37,622 bases of DNA, from positions 1 to 37,622 of the forward strand of contig JBHGNT010000298.1 of NCBI GenBank assembly GCA_043228905.1. Direction: 5' to 3'. Positions 31,332 to 37,622 of this stretch are shown here, piece by piece (positions within the stretch are counted from its first letter, which is position 1; each line of letters starts with the position of its first letter). The position numbers were made by a program, and so were the translations under genes. This stretch comes from Azolla caroliniana (taxonomy: Eukaryota; Plantae; Polypodiophyta). The notes below the pieces were generated by a model, which ran no database searches, had not been told where the DNA came from, and was given only the letters and a program-made list of their open reading frames with translations.

Positions 31332-31334
31332 TCC
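29031..31334. repeat. Tandem array of 6 x 384 bp
   Basis: Units start TTCTTCGACC at 29031, 29415, 29799, 30183, 30567 and 30951. The only difference seen is GAGGcAGA/GAGGtAGA, in the pattern C,T,T,C,T,C. Confidence 0.98.
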
Positions 31335-31604
31335 TTGCTCCCATACCGGAAGTCTTTGTGTGATGGCTCCAGTGCTGCTTCATTTGTTCCTTCCATGAAG
31401 CTCCAATATCCATGCCCCAATAGGTACTGGTGCATTTTATATGACCAAGACGCATAGTTGCTCCGGTCGAGCTTCTCTGTTGGAAGTGAACTCGCCATTC
31501 CTCTTTCCATATCTTCTCTCTATTTGTTGTTACTAGGTTCTAGGGTTCGTCTACAGAAGCAAATGTCGACTGCAGAGGTTCTCAACCCTCGTGCTCTGAT
31601 ACTA

Positions 31605-32038
31605 TGTGAATGTTAATGTGCGGAAGCATTAGATAGAACCGGCTCAGCTGGATAGCAACAAAAAATGAGATGAAGGTTTAATGGAAAAGCTTAAAACACA
31701 AAGGAGACACAGAGAGCAGAACATAAAACTATATTCAAAAATTAACTCTAAAACTCTATACATACAACGTGCTAAACAACACTATTTATACAAGTCCATA
31801 AAGGACTGACAGAAGTACTAACAGGTACTTCAATGCTCACACGTGCGACTGACACTGACTATGAGACAATGATTACCTAGTAGTCTAGGCTACTACTAGG
31901 CTTTCGATTCCCACTCGAATCCGGCTCTCCGATTCAGTCAGTTGTTTCCGGATACCGATCCGGCTCATCCTTCCGGATGTCGATCCGGCTCAGGCTTATT
32001 CAGTCGATCCGGATCCGGTTGAGCTTGCTCGCTCAACA
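31605..32038 (-). repeat. 5' LTR of element F (434 bp)
   Basis: Direct repeat of 24593-25014, adjacent to the PBS. Confidence 0.93.
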
Positions 32039-32910
32039 ATGCGCGTATGAGCGATAAACTTTCAGATTTTTTCAATAGCACTATTAAGCAAGGATGCCTA
32101 CTCTCACCAATTCTAATTGGTTTATGCATTGATGAAATTGAAAAAATGGTTTCCAAGTTTGTAAATGAATAAGTTGCAATTGGGAATGTTTTGTTATTAT
32201 GCTTTTGCTATATGCGGATGATGTAGTGTTTTTTGCAAATACTTTAGGAGATGCGCAAAAGCTTATGAAGGCATTGGAAAAAATTTGCATGCATACGAAA
32301 TTAAGTGTAAATAGCTCTAAAACAAAGATTGTGCTTGTGAAATGCCAAAAAAGAGATAAGCCATGCATATATACAATAATGTGCCACTTGAATGTGCGGA
32401 AAGCTTCAAATATCTTGGCCTTGAAGTTCCTTCAAATCATAGATTGAATGAATGTGCTACACGCCACTTAGAGGTGGGAAAGCGAGCATATTATGCATTT
32501 GAGAATACATGCAATCATGGAGATATTAAGTGTTGGGACCTCAAGAAATACCTTTTCGACACTTTGGTGACACTGGTGCTTGACTATGGGGTGGTAACAT
32601 CCCTAGATCTACTTGGAAAGAGTTTGAAAATGTCCAAAAACGTTTTCTTACAAAGTTTCTACAAGTCAAGAAACAAACATCATACATCTTCCTCCTCCTT
32701 GAGATGGGATCACTTCCCATTTGAGATCATGTCCATGGAAAGGGGTTGTTGAATACATATGCTTAAGGTTCAAAAAAGTCCCTCACATTGACTTCCTAGA
32801 ATCTCATGGGAAGCAAGGAAAAAGATCATAAAGATGCATAAAAGCAAATTTTTGTGTTCTAGTTGGATGCAATATATTAAAAAGTGGTTTGGTAGATGGG
32901 ATGCAACACC
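32039..32910 (+). pseudogene. RTE-like LINE reverse transcriptase fragment, right part (continues 24272-24592)
   Basis: IKQGCLLSPIL, LLLYADDVV, VNSSKTK and ESFKYLG motifs with stops and frameshifts. The right boundary is approximate. Confidence 0.85.
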
Positions 32911-33119
32911 TAAAGTGAAAATCCCAAATTGCAGACAAATTTATGTGGGAAATAACAAGCCTGTTTATTTCATACCAAACAAAAAAGCAGTCCAATCGAA
33001 CATACTTCCAATGATATCATATTATTTGTTAGGCGGGGGTAGACATGGATGGTAGAAAAGAACGGGGAATCACAAGGTGTATAGAGGGGTGAGTAGAGAG
33101 AACGAGGAATCGCAAGGTC

Positions 33120-33510
33120 CAATGGGCAGGCAAGGGCAAAAGTGTATTTATTCTGTGAAGGCAGGCAAGCGAAAGTATCTCCAACATTGTGGGCTGCGTA
33201 TGGACGCATTTTCCGCGTGCGTGCGTGCGTGTGTGAGTGGAGTGCTTGCGAGCGTGGGGCCGGATAATAAAAGAAAAGTCTTGTACTCATTCCATTCCCA
33301 GTCATATATATATATATGATGGATGCGCTCGCTCGCTCGCTCGCTCTTCTTCTTCATTTCTCACACTAACCAAGACTCTCTCATTTGGACTCTTCTCAAG
33401 TCTTTTACCACCAAAGTCTGTCTCTTGTCTTGTCTTGTCTTGTCTTGTATCTGTTCATCCACACTTTTTCCTGCTCTTCTTCCTCCCTCCTGCAATTCTA
33501 GGGTTTCCTC

Positions 33511-33548
<38 letters not shown>

Positions 33549-33644
33549 GTTTCTCTGCGCATCGAGTCTTCCGTTCTTCTTAGTGCCACGTCCTTCTGTT
33601 GCCTCGACTACTTCTGCAGCTTTCATGGCTTCTCCAAGGTATGA
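33120..33644 (+). promoter_or_regulatory. Probable host-gene promoter, 5' UTR and first exon
   Basis: TGGGCY site-II-like motifs, a (TA)n run at ~33304-33317, a pyrimidine-rich leader with (GCTC)n, (TCTTG)n and (CT)n, telo-box TAGGGTTT at ~33499, then ATG 33625 (MASP) followed by AAG|GTATGA donor at 33639. No downstream exon recognised. Confidence 0.4.
33515..33544. repeat. (CT)n microsatellite
   Basis: About 15 dinucleotide units read directly. Confidence 0.9.
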
Positions 33645-34249
33645 AAGTGCTCCTTTCTTTTCTGGTCGAACCTCTGCAAGGATTTTTTTTAAAAATTTTC
33701 CTCTGGGATCTTCTTTTATGTTAAATACCAATTCTTGCAGCTTCTGCATTGCGTTTCTTTTTCTTTCTTCTTTGATGCTGCTACAGTTCACGTGGCTTTG
33801 CACGGCTCCCTCAAATTCAGAAGGTAAGACTAATATCAGTCTATACTATATACCATAGAATGGATTCATCCATGTATATATATATATATACACACACACA
33901 CGAGGGAAAAGAAGAAATGAGAAATGAGAAAAAGATGGAGGCTATACTGCGTATGCATTCTGGCTTACATTATATTGGAGCCAAAATCTAGCGAGAAATC
34001 AAAGCAATCTATATGTTTTCGTTAGAATTGGACATAAGCTCAATCTAGAAGTATACCTATTTCACGAGATGAATTGAAAACATCAAGAACAGATCTGATG
34101 ACACACCAAACAAAAATCTGATAAAAGCAAGCAAAGCATGCCGTTCTCTTAATTGAGATGCGCATAACGGCTTGAGTATTTAATCATCAGTATAGTTTAC
34201 TATTTATCGAAGATCCATCAATATTTGAGATGAAATGCTTTCTAGATTT

Positions 34250-35250
34250 TCAAGTTTTAATGGTACATTCCCAGCAAAAAATGTAATTTACAGTTAAGTT
34301 TACAAATGCTAGGGTTCTACACTGATAATTTGCTGACCAAGCATAATTTTGTACTGTTTAAGTGTCTTTTCTCGAGGACTGCTTTGCATCAAGTATTCTA
34401 TAAATCTACTGGATATCCTAGGATATAATTCAACATCATCATGCCAGTTCCTATTAAGCCTATAAATATATTTGGAGGTGGCTTTGTGGAAGCCCATAGC
34501 TTCACCTTTACCACGTTCGCTCTTACTTCTCATGTGTAGTGATAATCCTTGCTGTTGAGATGTCGTTTTAGCCATGGATGGGATACTCAAACCAAGAGTA
34601 AATCATCAACATAGAGGACACTGTGAATGGGGCCACCTGATAAGTCGTGCCATCTCTTCAGCCACATTGGACACCTTCTCAATGACGTAGAGTCCAAAAA
34701 GAGTAGGGAGATTACACATCCTTGATTGATGTGTCTTGTGTTTGTGATGATATCCTATAATCTGTAAAGCATTCTATACAGCCCAACATGTGCTCATATA
34801 GTGCACATATTATCCCTCTCATGGAGAATGGATTTCAGAGTGATTAGTCTAGGAAATTTCAGCATGTTATAGTATCAAAGCCTTTGTGGAAATCCACAAA
34901 GAAACCAACAGCAAGCATCTGAAGCTCTAATAGATTTGGGATCTCCCAAAGCAAAGGTACCCAAGGCTTACAGTTAGGTCATCAAAACAATTGGCTGAAT
35001 ATGGAGACAAAAAATCATTGTTAGTATGTTGAAATGTAAGAATGGTTCTAGTTGCTTGGCATAAGTTAAATGTACTAACCCCATTCCAATATAGCTTGGA
35101 ATGTCCACACCTAAGCATAATTATAGGGGAAAAGAATAAAGCGATCCAAGCTGATATCATTCAATTGGATTAAATAGTCCATTGTAAGGATCTCTTCTTC
35201 TTATGTCTATCTCATGTGCTTTGTAGTGTGATAGAGCAGCTCAAGACCTG
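34250..35250 (-). pseudogene. Highly decayed RTE-like LINE RT remnant
   Basis: Minus-strand FVDFHKGFDTI (~34870-34900) and INQGCVIS (~34705-34730) resemble FVDFxKAFD and QGCPLSP in the expected order. Boundaries are approximate. Confidence 0.5.
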
Positions 35251-37622
35251 TTAACATCAATTAAAATTTGTGATAGGTAAATGTCATGCAAACCATTTGG
35301 AAGAATGGGCATGACAATTGTGCTTTTCGTGGGTTAGATATGCACAAATACCCCTTGAATAAAGAATTTTCCAATTGTTTCATCATGGAGTGGAATTTGA
35401 AGAACACCATGTTTGTCATTGTGCTGGTTTTTATGAAATACAGAAGGGCATATTGTTGCCTCTTTAATCAAATTTGGCCCACTATGCAAGGTAATGGAAT
35501 AAGGACCAATGGTGCTTGGGGCTTTTCTTGTTAGAACTCAAGAGTTAGAGGGAGAAGTTGTTGAAGGACAACAATAAAACCACACACGCTCAATAACAAA
35601 AAACAATTGCAACTTTCTTTAGCCCCATTGGTGAAGTGTGTGGTTTAATTTGACAAATAATGGCTATTATCTCTCCCAATCACAAGTTCTTCCCTCACTT
35701 TGGAGATCAAACTACGCTAGAGATATTTTGAAGACAAAACTCACAACATATTTGACTTGAGAATCTTACATGTATAGATGAGAAGACTCTTTTGTCACAT
35801 CTAATTCCAATTCTATTTTCTTTTTTATTTACTTGCAACATTAAGATTTAATGCCTTATTTGGTCTTACAGGCCATTTTTTATCTCTTAAAAGACATTAT
35901 TATGTCTTTCTTTCTCCATTGTAATTGCAGTCTTAATTAAGTGTTAACTAAAGGGCGACTAAGTTAATTTAGTGTTAACTATGGGCTGCCTATGTATTTG
36001 GGAAGTGATCTTTCTTCCTTCGCACTATGTGCCATGTAGTTGGTTGGAGCCATCTTTTGTGATTGGCAATTTCCATCAACTCCCGCAAACAACTCACTTA
36101 TTGATAAGCATGTGTTGTGCTATGAAGGATCGAACATGTAAATGGAGAATGTCCACTCATGTTGAGCAATATTGTTTCTTACTTTTAACAAATAGAAGTT
36201 GAACTACAAAGATTGGAATGTAATTTTCTTCTCTTCACTTGCGATCTTGTACTTTGTGTTTTTTGCAATGTCCATCTAATCTTTGCTTTTCGTTCCTTTG
36301 CATTTTTTGAAATGTATGCGTAACCTTTGAGTTCTTGTTCGCAACATTTTCTACAATGTTTGCCTAGTTTCTGTAATCAGGTTAATCTTTTTGTTCCTCC
36401 CTCTATGGTTTGCATTTCTCCAACCTAATTCTTGCACCTATTGTCCTAGCTATTGAATACAATGGATTACGAATGGACAACAAATGAAGATATGCTTCTA
36501 AACTCACATGAAGATGGTCTAGATCAACGGAAGACCCCAAAAAGTTACAATAGAAGAAAAGAATGAGATGGGAGCACCCTGACAAAGTGCCTAAAGGGCG
36601 CACGAGGCACCCAAAATTACATTAGATATTGAAGAAGGGAAAGGTGATCTCTTATCTCATTCATTTACCCAAGAGATCAATCATATGAGAGATGGCATAC
36701 AAAGCACTTTAAAAGAGGAAATGCAAAAAGATATAGGAAACCAAAAAAATAGTTGCATATCTCTCTCAAAATGGAGTTATTAGAAGCCATACAAAAGGAC
36801 ATAAGGAGTCTTGTAAAGAAATTAAACCTTGAACTTAAAGATGGCATTTTTGCAGTACTAAAAAGATGAAATATCCTCATATCATGTCGAACTAGTAGCT
36901 ATTGACGTTGAGTTACAAAAAGGACATGGTGCTTTGGAAAAATTTATTCCACTTTTAAAGACAATGTAATTAAGGAATTGCAAACATAGGTAGAGATGGC
37001 CAAAGATGCCAAAGCTCAAGTTGAGCATGCTAACAAAGAAATTAAAGCAAACGCTCCCAAAATAGAGGTTGTAAAAAAGCAAAAAGGAACATTGGTGGAT
37101 AAGATGCAATGATGAATGCTACATGAGAAGATGAAGCCAAAAGAAAAGCTCGTGTGTTCCATGTTCGAATGGTTGGTTGAGAAAGGACGCCCACAAGAAG
37201 ATTCCAAGAACTTCGAGCAAAGATTGAGCATAAGATACTCCATTTATTTCTAAATGGAGGGTAGGAAGAGATGAGGCTAGAGCTAAAGCCTTGATCATTC
37301 ACTTCATGGATATGGAAAAGAAAAAAAGCTTTCATATCCAAGACAAGGGCAGTTCAAGATGATTTTTTTTAGATGAAAATCTCACTCCAACTCAAGTAGC
37401 ACATTGCAAAGAAAACATGCCACGTAGCACATCACAAAGAAAACATGTCGCGAGTGCTCGATGCAAGAAAGGAAGGAAAATGGGTTGTACATAGAGATGG
37501 GAAGGTCATTATTGTAGAAAACAGGGTTACATGACCCTTAACATGACTATGGAACTGCCACTGCTTTTTTGCTAAGACCTTTATTCATGAAGGTTTTGCT
37601 TTAATTTCTTTATGAGCATGTT

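Larger units (their letters stand above)
24593..32038 (-). mobile_element. Element F: decayed Ty1/copia (related to B and D) inserted in the LINE, with a tandemly amplified gag
   Basis: LTRs 24593-25014 and 31605-32038 are visibly diverged (about 8 substitutions in the first 80 bp). Degenerate TSD GTGCA/ATGCG, mutated PBS TAGTATCAGAGC 31593-31604, PPT 25015-25022. Confidence 0.93.

Noticed and set aside
29031-31334. CRISPR-like array
   Set aside because: The units are contiguous 384-bp copies with no unique spacers, they encode copia Gag, and the context is eukaryotic.
35577-35646. 11-bp inverted repeat AAACCACACAC/GTGTGTGGTTT
   Set aside because: No TSD or element boundaries can be defined. 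It may be a decayed LTR fragment but is unsupported.
36440-37460. Purine-rich, coding-like decayed stretch with a 2 x 28-bp repeat at 37396-37451
   Set aside because: Probably an old TE remnant, but no diagnostic motif or sustained ORF allows a call.

Overview
This is plant-type eukaryotic DNA. The retroelement lineages suggest a non-seed plant such as a moss or lycophyte, which is an inference. Bases 1-~32.9 kb are a deeply nested retrotransposon pile that can be unpacked from LTR pairs, PBS/PPT sites and target-site duplications. An old RTE-type LINE (24272-24592 and 32039-~32910) was hit by two copia elements, B (5' LTR 23853-24271, internal region running leftward to 3956) and F (24593-32038). 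B was hit by chromovirus gypsy A (<1-3955) and by a second gypsy, C (6213-23781). C was hit by copia D (8681-19408), and D by a young, single-ORF Tnt1/Tork-like copia E (9203-14513). The right end holds a probable host promoter and first exon (~33.1-33.64 kb) and decayed LINE/TE remnants. The most notable observations are four. (1) A near-perfect 6 x 384-bp in-frame tandem amplification of the gag capsid region inside decayed element F gives an 844-codon ORF with six linked capsid-like domains. (2) Antisense tRNA-like A-box/B-box modules occupy the same upstream-of-TATA position in the LTRs of two unrelated gypsy elements. (3) A -1 frameshift signal (G GAU UUU plus a 9-bp stem or pseudoknot) lies between protease and RT in C. 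(4) A conserved inverted repeat encloses the PPT in related copia families. All coordinates and mismatch counts were read by eye.
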